Source: Epithemia pelagica
Lineage: Eukaryota > Protista > Bacillariophyta
Reading direction: 5' to 3'
Assembly: GCA_946965045.2 (NCBI GenBank)
Contig: OX337231.1
Location: 1,178,001 to 1,242,000 of the forward strand
Length of the DNA: 64,000 nucleotides
Shown here: positions 21,205 through 33,028 of the stretch, piece by piece
Layout of the letters: every line of letters begins with the position of its first letter
How positions within the stretch are numbered: position 1 is the stretch's first letter
The notes under the pieces: model-generated
Database searches by the model: none
Told to the model about the DNA's origin: nothing
Seen by the model: only the letters and a program-made list of their open reading frames with translations
Program-made: the position numbers and the translations under genes

Positions 21205-24200
21205 TCATTGAATACTTTGTTGTTGAATCCGCAAGGCTTCCATTTGGAGCCTGTGCTCCTCTTCACAAGTGCGGACCATGCCCTCCCGAATCTTGTTGTC
21301 GTTGCAGATCCCAATGCCTCTTAGAATCTTCACCCTGTCTTCTCCTTTCACCTTTCTTGTCTTGACTTTGGCCATACAAGCGGGGTGCACACAAAGTGCT
21401 CTCGTTGCCATTTAACAGATCTTACAACGCCGGGCACAAGGCCGTGTTTTGCCATCAGAATCGGTGACTGTGTCCGGATTTGGTATTGGCCTATGAGTAA
21501 AGACCGACTCTGTCGAGTTGCACGGCTGGCAAAAGGAGGAGGATGCGATAGAAGTCCCTGCATCGGTCTCCGTTGGGGAGACGACAGAGATGGACTGCTG
21601 TGTAGATTGCACGTCAATGACGGAAATAGGAGCAAGGCTTCTTGTACCACCACCAGATGAAGCCCCTCCAAGCTGGTGCCTGAAGGCATCTTGAAGCATC
21701 TGCCTTGCAAAGTTCGTAGCTTGTTCTGTGATGGACGCCATGGACTCCTGCTGCCCACCATCACCACCAGCTGTGACCGCATTCGCAGCAATGCTTGGAT
21801 GAACTTGTCCTCGACGGTCGATGTTATTGTTGAATTCATTATGCGCGAGATCCCACGCCATACAATCTGCAAAACCCTCAATCCCTTTTGAGACGGGAAA
21901 CTGCTTTCCCCCCAAATGATACCTCGTTGCAAGATAGCAATCAACCACAGTTATGCCGATGATTGTTGTGATCAAGCGAAACCATGGGTTTGGTGTTCGC
22001 CACAGCATTTCGAGTCGTAGCACGCCTTGCCGTGGGTGATTGTGCATATCAATCAGGTTGGCAACTCTGAAGTAGGTTGTAAGGCATTTGGGGCGTAGAA
22101 TGCAACGTTCTCTCACGTTGCCATATTCATCAGGGAACCTGGCTATGTAGGGGAAGCCAGGTTCCGTCGTCTCTGTATTTTTGGACTTATAACCAATGGC
22201 AACCAGGTTTACGTTGGTACCTGGTGCCAGACATTCCATCACAAGATATGCCCCGGACGGGAAGGGCTCCATCTCTTTCTTCAATTCTTCATGGGGGAAC
22301 AAGCCCGTGTTGGTTTTGATGGAGCATATAGCTTCCGGTCCGTGCACATTGTTCCCCCGCTCTTTGTCGACGCACAGGGTGTATGTACGGTGATCGCGAG
22401 CTGTAGGTTGCCGCAGTTTACGGTACATACATTTTAGGGACTCCACGAGCTTTATGCTCCCAAACCAGGAGTCCGCACATATAAGGGGTCTCATAACCCC
22501 TTGACTCTCAGCTTCCAAAGCAGATTGGCCCCAATATTGGGAGCCTTGGACCAGGCGAAGCGATGTGCCTGCAGTGATGCCACCTTCCCCCATGAACTTT
22601 TTTCCGCGCATCGGAATCTTCCCTTCCTGAATCTCAAGGAAGAGAAGGTAACCTGTAGCAGAGTCGCCCGAAACCTGTTGGCAGAAAACAAACCACAATC
22701 AAATAGATGAGGTGGTCAGCAAAACTGATAGGAGTGCAAAAGATTCAACAATCTTACCTTGAATTCCGTCCCCAGAGGCTTCGGCTTACGTTGAATGTAA
22801 GACAGATGGGAGTGTTGAGGTTTGGGTTGTTCTAGGCTGGAAGGCACTCATCGCCTCATCCAACGTAATTGTTGATGAGGCAGCAACAGTTCGACGACGA
22901 TTATTGTTGAATCCTTGACCAGCGGATTGATTTGGTTCCATTTGGCACCATGGTGGCCTCCCTCAAAGGCACGGGGAATGACCTCTTTGATATCGAAGAA
23001 CCGAGTTTTCGACATTACATTCATCCCACCTTTGCTGGCGTTGATTCTCGGTGAGAACTGCCGATGTGACACGGACTCATCATCAAACAGACAAATACCA
23101 CCTTTGTGGCATGGGGATGCACCGATGACAATGCCCCAGAATGCCCACCACTCATGCTCTGTGACGCAGCGGAGATGTCGGCTCCGAACTCTTCCCTCGT
23201 TCCGTTTATTGATTGCTGTGTTGAGTCGGTGCAGCTGTTCTCGCCAACTCCCTGAAAGACAAACAGGAAGTGAGAATTTGAAATGATCCTTCACGTGACA
23301 CAAAACGCAGCAATCAACGACTCACCTGGCCACATGTGCATGAGAAGTCGCAAGAATGGAAAGTTGTAGTTTGGATTTTCCGACGACACATTGGCATGCG
23401 AAAAAGCGCTTTCGAAGTTGAATCCAACAACCCCAACTTGCTCGAACTCTTTGACAGGGTCGTCGGGTGTCGAGTCGCCCTCAACAATCTGCCAGGTAAA
23501 AGAACGGTTGTCAATGATCTTTTTAATATCCCGCCGACTAGAAAGTGCTCGTACTATTTCCGCCTCGTCGTCAAAGAGCACGTCCGAAAGAGGCGTACCC
23601 GGAATGCTGTCTGGGTGTTTCTCAACCACAATACCGTAACGTGGATGGTTCCCCTTCCTTTCACAGACCCTGTCACCAATGTCTACGCCATTTTCCGATG
23701 GAGGTTCAAGGCACGCCGTCCAGTTTTGAGTGACCAATTCTCTTTTTCGTTGAATGTATTTCTTGTACTTTGCCCGGTGCACTTCGCGGCTTTCTAGCTC
23801 ATTGGCAAGAGCTACGCTGTTGGGGTCGATTGCATCATCATCATCTGAGAAGAGAAATGAAAAGTCTTCCATGCTGTTGAAGAAGTCATCCAACGACACG
23901 TCCGACATCTCATCCTCCTCGTTTGTGCGGTGATGGATGCGATCTTGATTTGTTGCGGCGTCTACGTTGCTGGTTTCTTGTGGCTCCTCCTCACCAATTG
24001 CACCGATGCTGTCACCACTCGAAACGGTGCTGTCATCACCGGTGAGGAGGACTGTCTCGACCACGCCCTGCTCCCCACCACTCACAAGAGTCCGCGCGTG
24101 GGGCACAGTATCATTAGTGTCAGGAGCACACTCATCCATTGCTTGAGTTGGTCCATTGATTGGTGCTGCTTGTGTGCGTGCTTGTTGTTGTTCCATGGTG

Positions 24201-24868
24201 GTTCGGCCTGGTACCTGGTGCATCACAATCTGCTGCTGCAAAGAACTGTTGTTTTCATTTTCGTCGTCGTGTCGATTTTCCTCGTCCTGGCGTTGTTGTG
24301 AGTTGCTGGAGTCATTGGGTTGGTGGTTTACCAACAAAGCCACAACCTCAACACCCTCCGTATCTCTATCTCCACTTCCTTCAAGGCGCTGTTGCTGTTG
24401 CTGCTGCTCTTGGACGCCGTTTTCATTTGCCTGCTGGTGATTGTTTCCTCGGCCCAGTTCTTCAATTCTCATCTGGTGGCGCTCTCCTTCCTGACTCTCG
24501 TTGCCCACCACTGACGGTGGAACTACTTCCTCATTCGATGCAGTTGTTGGTTCATGTTGTTGGTGTGCATCAGTTGCTGTTCTTGTTGTTGTCGTTGTTG
24601 TTGTCGCCGTCCGCTGTCGCTCTTGGGCAGGGTGCCCTGCTGCTCTACAAGAATCCAACCCAGGGAACCTATCGTCCTCTTGGACCTTCCGAAGCTGATA
24701 TGACGTCCTGTTCATCAGCTGACCTGTTCTGCTCCCATTGCTCTTGCTAAGCCGCTCAACTTCCCAAGACTTGGCTGCCAGTTTTCGAACAATGAGGACA
24801 GGCTCATTGCTGCCTCTGACGAATGCCCTGGATCCAGGACCCAATCGACTTGACGATGCTGCTGGCAT
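21205..24868 (-). pseudogene. piggyBac (DDE_Tnp_1_7-type) transposase with long N-terminal extension, disrupted
   Basis: Introns at 23252-23325 and 22675-22757. Motifs: TLDEAM (Asp at 22858-22860), RKPKPLGTEFK, LEIQEGK, ADSWFGS, IDMHNHPRQ, and a Cys-rich C-terminus. Lesions: two 1-bp frameshifts (~22913, ~22810) and TAA at 21412-21414. Confidence 0.9.
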
Positions 24869-25384
24869 TGTCGTGGTGTTCTTGTGTTTCGTCTGCCAAC
24901 GTCGTCGTCGTCGTCACAAGTGCTATGTTCCTTGTCGTCGTCGTCTTCTTCTTCTTCTTCTTCTTTTCACCTCTTTCTCTGTGCTCAAGAAAATGGCACT
25001 TTTGGTAATGATGCTCATTACCAAAAGGATCAATTTCTTGGACACAAAGCACTCCGCACTCTTCATGGTGAACAATCCCGATGGGGACTATTCGAATGGA
25101 GGGAAGAACATGTATCTCACCATTGTATGCTTGTCAGATAGAGTCGGAGAGAACAAACACATTTTTTTAAATTCCGGCCTGTCCCCCTTGGGGCTCCCCC
25201 CAAAACTTCCGAATCAGCGCCGGAACGGTCACAAACGGGACTTGTTGGGTGTTGGGAAAGTCGACCATGGCCCAAATTTTGGCGCAAAACATATGGATTG
25301 AATGTCTTTTACATCACGACGTCCTATCACAGTCATAGGACTGTCATAGGACCCGCCGAATCAATGTGCCCACTATGTTCTCAC

Positions 25385-25640
25385 TATGTGCCCACATGTG
25401 CCCACAAGCCAAAAATCAAGCACAACCCCCGAACGGAGGCGCTCATATGACCTAGATATGACACATACGGGTGTCATGTGGTATCCAATGTTGATGGAGG
25501 ATGTCTTGAAGAAAAAGTTTGGGCATCCACATGTTGCCGTAGGTCTAATATTGGTCATGATCTATCTAGTTAAAATTATGTGCCCAATGGCTCTTTTTTG
25601 CGTGTAATGGGCACACGGCTAGAGTAGGCACTAGTAGGGC
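25385..25640 (-). repeat. Right terminal inverted repeat of the piggyBac-like element
   Basis: Inverted match to 19105-19355, with multiple TGTGCCCA/TGGGCACA motifs, followed by TTAA. Confidence 0.8.
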
Positions 25641-25804
25641 TTAACGCTATCGAGGATTATTTCTCTGGTACAAATTGTACAGGGCCTACGTCGTTGATGT
25701 AAACTCTGAACGGTACCCGGAAACCACCAGAACCACCACAGGCCACTGCTGCAGCTGTGTTGCGTTGACATAGATCGAGGGTCAGAGAAGTCAGAACAAC
25801 AGCA

Positions 25805-26884
25805 ATGCGTTGGTCGTCCATCATTCTGAGCTTGTCGTCCTTGATAGTGGTATGCCAGGGAGTGGAAACGGAAACTGCGAAACAGACTCATCTTTTGCAA
25901 AAGAAATGGACGCTGTATCATTCCGTCGGAAATACTAATGAGTGGACGAAGCGTGCGTCTGTATTTCTTAGCGTCGATACCACTACCGAAGTTGTTCGAG
26001 AAGATGGAGAAAGCATCAAGAAATCAGGAGACAGCGAAGGATTAATTAAGCTTGAAGTGACCAATGAACAAGGATGTCTTGCTCCAGCAGCATTGCTGGG
26101 GTTGCAGGACTCGCAGTGGTACAAGCTGAAGCTAGAAGAAGACGGTTTGGAATCTTCTTCGTCCTTGTCTGTCATGACAAGTGTGTCAGCCTGTCAAATA
26201 AGAAGATCAAATTTTCGGTACGAATATGAAGAACTGGAAATGACATTTGGTTGGCTTAGGCGGTTCTCTCACAAGTTGTAAATTTCGTAACCGTCTTGAT
26301 ATTCTACGGACAGTGACGAAATTGTTCTGACATTCGGACGCAAGGGACATGTAGTGAGTATGGCTTACATGCCATTGGTTTCTCCATTGGCTCCAAAATC
26401 GTGCGACGATCTTCCTCCCATTGCCGACGATTCTGCGATTGAGTTTTCTTCTCGCATATCTTACGAGATGGCCATGCCTGGTATGACGCTCCGTACAGTG
26501 TTGCCCAGCTATCAGCCACCTCCTGGACTGAAATTTATCTCCAAAAAGAAAACAGTCGCTTCCTCAGCAACGACAGAACCATCTGCAGACGGTAAGTCAA
26601 AGACGGAGGGTGGTTCCAATCCCTTCAATACTGAGGACGACGAGGCAAAAACGGATGATCCAATCGATGCCTCTCCATTTGGATTTCTCCGGCGATATTG
26701 GTACATTATATTGCCCCTCATGATAATTAATTTCATGAGCAAGGCGGATGATCCACCGCCAGAAGAACAGCAGCCGACGTCGTCGGCAAATGGTCCCGCT
26801 GCGGCGACTCAACAAGCATCGGCCGGAGATGGTACTGCTGCTACATCCCGAGTAGGCAAGAGACGAGGGAAAAGGTCGACCTAG
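25805..26884 (+). CDS. EMC10: ER membrane protein complex subunit 10
   Basis: Signal peptide; VSACQIRRSNFR|DEIVL joined by intron 26218-26313; C-terminal FLRRYWYIILP transmembrane motif. Confidence 0.8.
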
Positions 26885-27074
26885 GATCCCAGCGCCATAC
26901 GTTCAGAGACGTTGAACTTCTTCTTTGTCTCCTCCACAACCCGCACCGCACTGAGAGACCCTTTCATCTCCAAGAGCGTAGGTCAGAGTTCTAAAATAGG
27001 AGTAAGTAGTATCACAGTTCGGTCGACTACTCCGATGCAAAATCTGAGCACTACCTAGGTTATTTCACTTCGCT

Positions 27075-28907
27075 CTACCAGAATGTGCTGTTTGGGCAAG
27101 GAATGATACTCGGCTTATCGGACTCATGACAAACAATATGAGGTTCGTCCAAGCAACAATTTTCGTACTGAAGATTCGATTCATCGTAGCGTGATGAGAT
27201 ACTGGTGCACTTGTCTGCAATAAACCATTCCCCCATTTGCTGAAAGAACTTAAGCTTGTCCACTTTCGATGCCGTCCAACTCATGTGAAATATGATAGGG
27301 TGGACTTCGCGCTTTACAAACTTCTTCATATAATCTCGATCCCTTCGATAGGTATAGCCACCGGGGAAAAGATCTTCATCTCGTGAGTAGACTTTGATTT
27401 TGAGTGCAAAAAGACTAGCTTGCTCCTGCAACAGAGATTGCAGAACCATTTGATGACTCCGCCGACTGAGGACGTCGCCACCCATCATCAACAAAGAATT
27501 GAAGAAATGAATAGTTCGCCGGTTGTTCCGAACATAGTAGAAACCTGTATTTGCAGAGTATGTTTGGTATACCACGCGATTGCCATCATCTTGAAAGTAC
27601 AGATCGAAAGACGCGTCCTTTCGACTTGTGTTGTGGAAGAAGTCCAGAGGATTTCGATACCAAACCACATCCACATCTTGAAAAAGAACATCATAGCCGA
27701 GAAGCACGGGAAGATGAACACAGTAAATCTTGGCTAACATCATTTGCGAGTAATCATTGTTGCCATATGCTTTCGCCGCTTTTGTGGGCATGCCTGCAAA
27801 AGTATTCTTCAGGTAAACAACGGTAGGACCCCCGAGGTTATTGAGGATAGTAGCTGTCTCTTGGTCTGTGGCAAACACAACAACCGACGACGTGTCTAGA
27901 CCCCGCCGTTTGGCAGAGCAAACGAAATTCAACAAAAGCTCCACTTGTCCAAAGTTGCACATCATGACAATAATGGTGTTGCGCACGGCGACCTTTTTCA
28001 AAACTGATCGAAGAATATCCAATGTGTTGTCGAGATCCCCGAGATATTGCTGTAGACGAAGCCAAAATTGTTTGGTTGTTTCATGGTATGGGGGATAGAT
28101 CAACTTGCGATTTTCATTTGCATCTCTGTTAGCAAGAACAAGCGGATGTGTTGAATCAATTTGCTCTTTCCACTCTGGTAAACGCATGTATTTTTGGATG
28201 TGATAGGCCTCATGCTGTCCCATAATTGCCATGCATTGCCTTCGCCTTCCATCATGATGCTGAAAGACAATGTTGAGAAAGTCACAATTGGCTGTCGCAT
28301 CCTCCGCCGATACTTTGGGTATCTCAGACTGCGATATGGCCTGTTGCTTAGAAACAGGATCCGATGGCACGGCATTATGATGAGAATACATAAGGAGGAC
28401 CTCATTGTTGCTTGGGTCCGAGCGATCCAGAGGAACCCCCAAATCAAATTTTTTCGTAAAATCATCACGATCAACCTTTGCCATTGCTACCACTAGATTG
28501 TGCATTCCGTCAGGAAATCTTGGATTCGGTGTAAGTTCTGTCAGAGCTTGTTGTCGCAAATACTTGCTCTTGGTCTTGGAATCTTCATTGTCGTTGTCCT
28601 TATCTGCTGCATCATTCACTCTACCAGTATCCACGGGATTCATGAATTCTTGCCTGATCTGTTGTCGAATTATGGGAGTTTCCTTGCGTATAGCTTCTTG
28701 AACCATACTGTCCACTTGCAAGGAAGTGAAGCATTCGGACTCGATGGACAACCGAGCATAAGGCGAATCTATCGCCCCGACAATGCCTATGAAGAATAAT
28801 CCATTCAAGACTGTTATAGCGCAGGCCACGATCACCAAAATTGATCCAGTGGTTGATCTGGCTATTTGTTTTTCTTTTGGTATTGGTGGTGATGTTGGAA
28901 GTCCCAT
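27075..28907 (-). CDS. Nucleotide-diphospho-sugar transferase (GT77-like), type II membrane protein, paralog 1
   Basis: N-terminal transmembrane helix; VLFQDVDVVW DxD motif; SANTGFYY; HQ motif. Likely ATG at 28907 within ORF 27075-28982. Confidence 0.85.
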   Translation of the reverse strand: MGLPTSPPIPKEKQIARSTTGSILVIVACAITVLNGLFFIGIVGAIDSPYARLSIESECFTSLQVDSMVQEAIRKETPIIRQQIRQEFMNPVDTGRVNDAADKDNDNEDSKTKSKYLRQQALTELTPNPRFPDGMHNLVVAMAKVDRDDFTKKFDLGVPLDRSDPSNNEVLLMYSHHNAVPSDPVSKQQAISQSEIPKVSAEDATANCDFLNIVFQHHDGRRRQCMAIMGQHEAYHIQKYMRLPEWKEQIDSTHPLVLANRDANENRKLIYPPYHETTKQFWLRLQQYLGDLDNTLDILRSVLKKVAVRNTIIVMMCNFGQVELLLNFVCSAKRRGLDTSSVVVFATDQETATILNNLGGPTVVYLKNTFAGMPTKAAKAYGNNDYSQMMLAKIYCVHLPVLLGYDVLFQDVDVVWYRNPLDFFHNTSRKDASFDLYFQDDGNRVVYQTYSANTGFYYVRNNRRTIHFFNSLLMMGGDVLSRRSHQMVLQSLLQEQASLFALKIKVYSRDEDLFPGGYTYRRDRDYMKKFVKREVHPIIFHMSWTASKVDKLKFFQQMGEWFIADKCTSISSRYDESNLQYENCCLDEPHIVCHESDKPSIIPCPNSTFW

Positions 28908-29269
28908 GTTGCTTGACGTCTTGTATTCCCTGTTTTGGGAGTGCCAGATGTGGTGGGTCGATGGTCGATGGAGAACGAGCATCGATTATGTGTTACGGAC
29001 ATGTGTCACAGCCGTTTCGGGAGGCTCCCCCGGCGCGAGCATCCAGAAGTCGCGCCTTGCGAAAAAGAAAAGCACGACACACATGCGACTCGACAATTCA
29101 CCCCCGCTGGGAAGTAGGAGATGACAGTTCACCCAAAAATCGCGCATACGAGCTACAACACAATACAATAGCACGAAAATCTCAGCGAGGGAACACGAAT
29201 CAACAACAGAACAACAGGTCTCCCATCCCCTACGAAACAACGATGATACATCCTGAACTCTCATCCACT

Positions 29270-30011
29270 ATGTCCGGGGAACGTACAATCGAAGAAGAAG
29301 AATTACGGGTCTACCGTACCGTGCCCTTTACCCCCGGGAGTCGCATGCGGCTTTCCTTGCCATTCTTGATGGTGTTCGAACTGGCCAGATTCCGGGAGCG
29401 CCTACTCGCATCCCTCTCTTTCATGATGCCTCTTAACCAGCGGCGATGATCAGAAGGCCCGCTTTGAACTTCGTTACCTTCAACGAATTTTCCAGTCGTG
29501 GCTGACGTCATACCCGATGGTCAAGGAGGGTCTGTCGATGGCAAAGGTCCTGATGCTGATGATGCAACCCGGGGAATGCAAAAAGTTCCACATGGAGTAC
29601 GAGCAGGACGGAAAGTTGTACCAGAGCTTTCCCCGTTTCGGAGCCAAGACAGGTCGACAGAACATTGAATACCACCTGCAAATTCCCATGTCTAACGACG
29701 ACTACGTTTACCGAATGACGCCTGGCACAGAAATTACACTCCATAACGTCGCTATTCACCGCGGAACGTCGCATCCGGAGGGAATTCGGGGCTTTTCGCC
29801 GCTTCATTGGGATGCTTCTAGTGATTTCCTTCCCTTTTTTGAGTTTTGCCCGAGCCTGGTTCCAATGCGGCCAACAAAATATATAACAAGGGGTCTTCTA
29901 CAATGGCTGGGCCAATCGTGTAGATGTGCTTATAGAACGTCTGAATTATTCTCGCCAGAGGGAAAAAGTCTCAATGTCGGTGACGTACAAATTGAAGAGA
30001 TTGATGGATAA
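29270..30011 (+). pseudogene. Hypothetical gene with an apparent frameshift near 29423-29447
   Basis: The MSGERTIEEEE... frame ends at 29449. An overlapping frame TSGDDQKARFELRYLQRIF... runs into ORF 29517-30011. Confidence 0.35.
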
Positions 30012-30370
30012 TCTCAGCACTCGGGAATAGATTATTTGCAGCTGCGAACCTCGAGACAATAGGAGAAACTTGCCGACTAAAAAGTTTGTTTACGAGACAT
30101 GCCATAAGTTGTTTCATATTCTATGTCGTCGTTGTTTGTTGTATACGTATTGAGCTTTGCTCGTCTCGGTACGAGATTACTTCGATTCCACTGGCGAGCA
30201 TTGAAGCCAATGCGATTTTCCCCACACCCACTCTGCAGTTTTGAAAGAAGTGCCGACGATTCACTTCACGAAGTTCGTTCTGATTCTTCATTTCATTTTT
30301 ACCTCTGCTGCGTACTATAGTCAAGAGACAGTTCTTGTCACGAGAACAGCGTTCCACGTCTGCTCCAGTT

Positions 30371-31540
30371 CTAGTTTACAACGTTCAGAATATCATCTTC
30401 TGTTTTCGCATGGACAAAGCTGACGATATTATCGCAGGTCATGTCAACTAATCGTTGTCGTGTCTCCAAACGACGCCATCCAGTATGAGGCGACAAAAAG
30501 ACATTTTTCAAGTCCCAAAGTTTGGAGTTTGACGGTGGCGGTTCGGTTGCGGTGACATCCAACCCCGCCCCTGCAATCATTTCCTGTTCCATACATTGAA
30601 TAAGTTCGTCTTCATTGCAAACTGCTCCACGGCTCGTATTGATGAAAAATGCGGAAGGCTTCATGGCCGAAAATTGCTTCATGCCAAAGCTGCCTCTCGT
30701 TTCATCGTTCAAGGGAGTGTGCAAACTCACATAATCTGCCTCACGCAGGACTGATTCCACATCACTAGTGCATTGAACCCGTTCATGATTACTCAACACA
30801 TGATCGGCTGGCAGTGTTCCCCGTCGACTGGTTATTAGGACATTCATTCCCAAGGCAAGGGCAATTTCGGCAACCTTGGTGCCGATTCGACCCGCTCCTC
30901 CAATGAGGCCAATCGTTTTCCCATTGATTTCTTGTAAGGGCAGCGTGAAGGGTCCAGTGAAATTAGATCGATCATTCTTCAATAGCATTTCTTGTTGTTG
31001 AAACATGCTGACAGAAAAGTTCATTAAATACGTAATCGCCATGTGTGCGACAGCCTCGGTACTATAGGTAGGAATATTGCAGACTGGAACATTGCGAGCC
31101 CTGGCTGCTTGAATGGGTAAATTATTGTATCCTGTCCCTGCTTCACACAAGAGCTTGACGGACAATGGAAACTCGTCAAAAACGTCTTTCGGCAGGGCCA
31201 TTTCTTTGGTAATGACAATGTCCGTGTCATCACCCACCATATCCAAAATTTCTTGCTTGTCTCGTACCGCATCCTGATCGCCCAATGTCAGTACGCCATC
31301 TTCACCACACACTTGTTTCAACTGACTCCAATTCAGACGGTTGTCGTAATCCAATCGAGCGGCATTCAAAAAGACCACCTTGATGGGGCGTCGGGATGAC
31401 GTGGAGAATGCCGCAGCACGGCCTCTTGCCGCAGTCCTTGTCGTCATAGAAGTAGTCCATGCATTCCGCCCGATCTTGCGGCTGCTACGACAGAATGTAG
31501 CAGTGACTTGTACGAGGCGCTTCATCGTTGCCGTTTCCAT
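30371..31540 (-). CDS. D-isomer-specific 2-hydroxyacid dehydrogenase (glycerate dehydrogenase/hydroxypyruvate reductase-like) with probable mitochondrial presequence
   Basis: GTGYNN, GxxGxIG (GGAGRIG), LHTPL..ETR, FINTSRG, AGLDV, LSPHTGW; Arg/Ser/Thr-rich N-terminus. Confidence 0.92.
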   Translation of the reverse strand: METATMKRLVQVTATFCRSSRKIGRNAWTTSMTTRTAARGRAAAFSTSSRRPIKVVFLNAARLDYDNRLNWSQLKQVCGEDGVLTLGDQDAVRDKQEILDMVGDDTDIVITKEMALPKDVFDEFPLSVKLLCEAGTGYNNLPIQAARARNVPVCNIPTYSTEAVAHMAITYLMNFSVSMFQQQEMLLKNDRSNFTGPFTLPLQEINGKTIGLIGGAGRIGTKVAEIALALGMNVLITSRRGTLPADHVLSNHERVQCTSDVESVLREADYVSLHTPLNDETRGSFGMKQFSAMKPSAFFINTSRGAVCNEDELIQCMEQEMIAGAGLDVTATEPPPSNSKLWDLKNVFLSPHTGWRRLETRQRLVDMTCDNIVSFVHAKTEDDILNVVN

Positions 31541-32677
31541 TCTTCTGCTTTCATGAGAAGTATATGATGTAATGATGATGATTATGACATCGATGATGCG
31601 TGTGGCTTGAAAAAAATGTCATAATGCGCGACCGACGCGACCGGCCCAAACGGCAGCGACACATTGGAGCCCATTGTTGCCCATTGTGCGGCATATGTTC
31701 CCTACAATACGACGTTGGCGTTGTGACTATCTCTTCCGCGATGATATGTGTGTAAGTCACACAGAGCCACCATGGTAACGTTAATGTTGATTGACTGTGA
31801 GCGGAATGATAACGAGAAGCAATATGGAAGCAACAGAAGCACCAAAACACAACAAGAGCAGCCTCGCTTGTGACTGACAGTCGACCAAAATACTCAATGC
31901 TCGTTTACGTCAAGAGCAGTCTTTCGATCCAATAAGCCTCAAAAGGCAGTGTATCAGATTTATGGGTGTGAAGAACAAGAACGAGATGGACCTCGCACAG
32001 CGAACGCAACAACACCTACATTACGCTGCAAGACTTCGTGGCACCGCTTTTGGGCTGCACTAGGAAGCGAACCAATGGGTTCAGTAAGAAGAAGAGCGGG
32101 CGAATATGTCGTATATGACGCCTGGTCCCAGCTACAAACGCTACCGTTTCAAGCAGTTTTGGGAGGCTTTCTCCGAATTCAGGAGCCGCTATGGTGGGAG
32201 GCAAGGCTACCACCACATACGGAACGAAAAAATTCATCATTGGTTCGTGTTGCTACAGAAGTAAGGGAGGATTGGGAACCAAACGAGGATATAGATCCTG
32301 CTCGATTCTTACTGTTTTCGTTTCTATGGAAAGAAGCCATGGTTCGAATGTACAGAAATTGGATTAGGTTACGTTCACATATCTTCCCAAAATGTGCTGT
32401 TTGGACACGGAATTATACTTGGACTCCTGGGGTGATGGCAAACAATGTTTGGTTTCGGCAAGCAACAACTCGAATATGTGTTTGCAGACCGTAGGTTCGA
32501 TTCATTGTAGCGAGATGAAATACTGGTGCAGTTGTCTGCAACAAACCATTCTCCCATTTGTTGAAAGAACTTGAGCTTGTCCACTTTCGATTCCGTCCAA
32601 CTCATGTGGAATATTAAAGGGTGGACCTCGCCCTTTACAAACTTCTTCATGTAATCGCGATGATGATGGAACGTGCA
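31375..32677. repeat. Segmental duplication unit A, copy 1 (copy 2 at 36166-37470)
   Basis: Near-identical sequence from ccaccttgatggggcg to ggaacgtgca at both loci. Confidence 0.95.
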
Positions 32678-32810
32678 CGACGACACGGGTTCTGGAGGAT
32701 GCAAGCTCCAGGGTTTCCTTTACTCTGCCCGTCCGTTTCAAATGTGGGCTACCAAGGTCAATGCTGTCGATCTGCAGACCTGGTAGTTTTTGTCTTTTCG
32801 ATGCCGACAT
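32375..32810 (-). pseudogene. Out-of-frame chimera: 5' start of the Crinkler-like gene fused to the 3' end of GT77 paralog 2
   Basis: MSASKRQKLPGL... (ATG 32810) joins at 32677/32678 to sequence coding CTFHHHRDYMKK...FWEDM in a different frame. Confidence 0.8.
32678..32805. repeat. 128-bp direct repeat unit B, copy 1 (copy 2 at 36040-36167)
   Basis: cgacgacacgggttctggagg...tttcgatgcc at both loci. Confidence 0.95.
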
Positions 32811-33028
32811 TGCCAACCAGAAGCAGCAAACAAATGCCACAATCATCGAATTCGGCGACTGACTCTGACCCTGGGACTTACTTGCAACAGCTCCGTGTCT
32901 TGCTTCGTGTGAAAGAGCTCTCTTGAATAGAGAAGGTTGGGGTTATGGCTGTTATCTCAAACCCTATTGTAACATCTCTGATTAGTAAAATGATAGCAGC
33001 GCGGCTTTTCGTTTCTCTTGGGTTTTCT

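Larger units (their letters stand above)
19105..25644 (-). mobile_element. piggyBac-like element (~6.5 kb) with long imperfect TIRs and cargo ORFs
   Basis: It contains a piggyBac transposase gene. 19105-~19355 aligns with the reverse complement of ~25385-25635. TTAA lies at 25641-25644; no TTAA is present at the left end. Confidence 0.8.

Noticed and set aside
24880-24970. (GTC)n/(CTT)n runs giving poly-S, poly-L or poly-K ORFs
   Set aside because: They are simple trinucleotide repeats upstream of the transposase start.
31949-32494. 181-aa plus-strand ORF repeated at 36742-37164
   Set aside because: It has a GTG start, runs antisense to the GT77 3' end, has different stops in the two copies, and recurs only because of duplication A.
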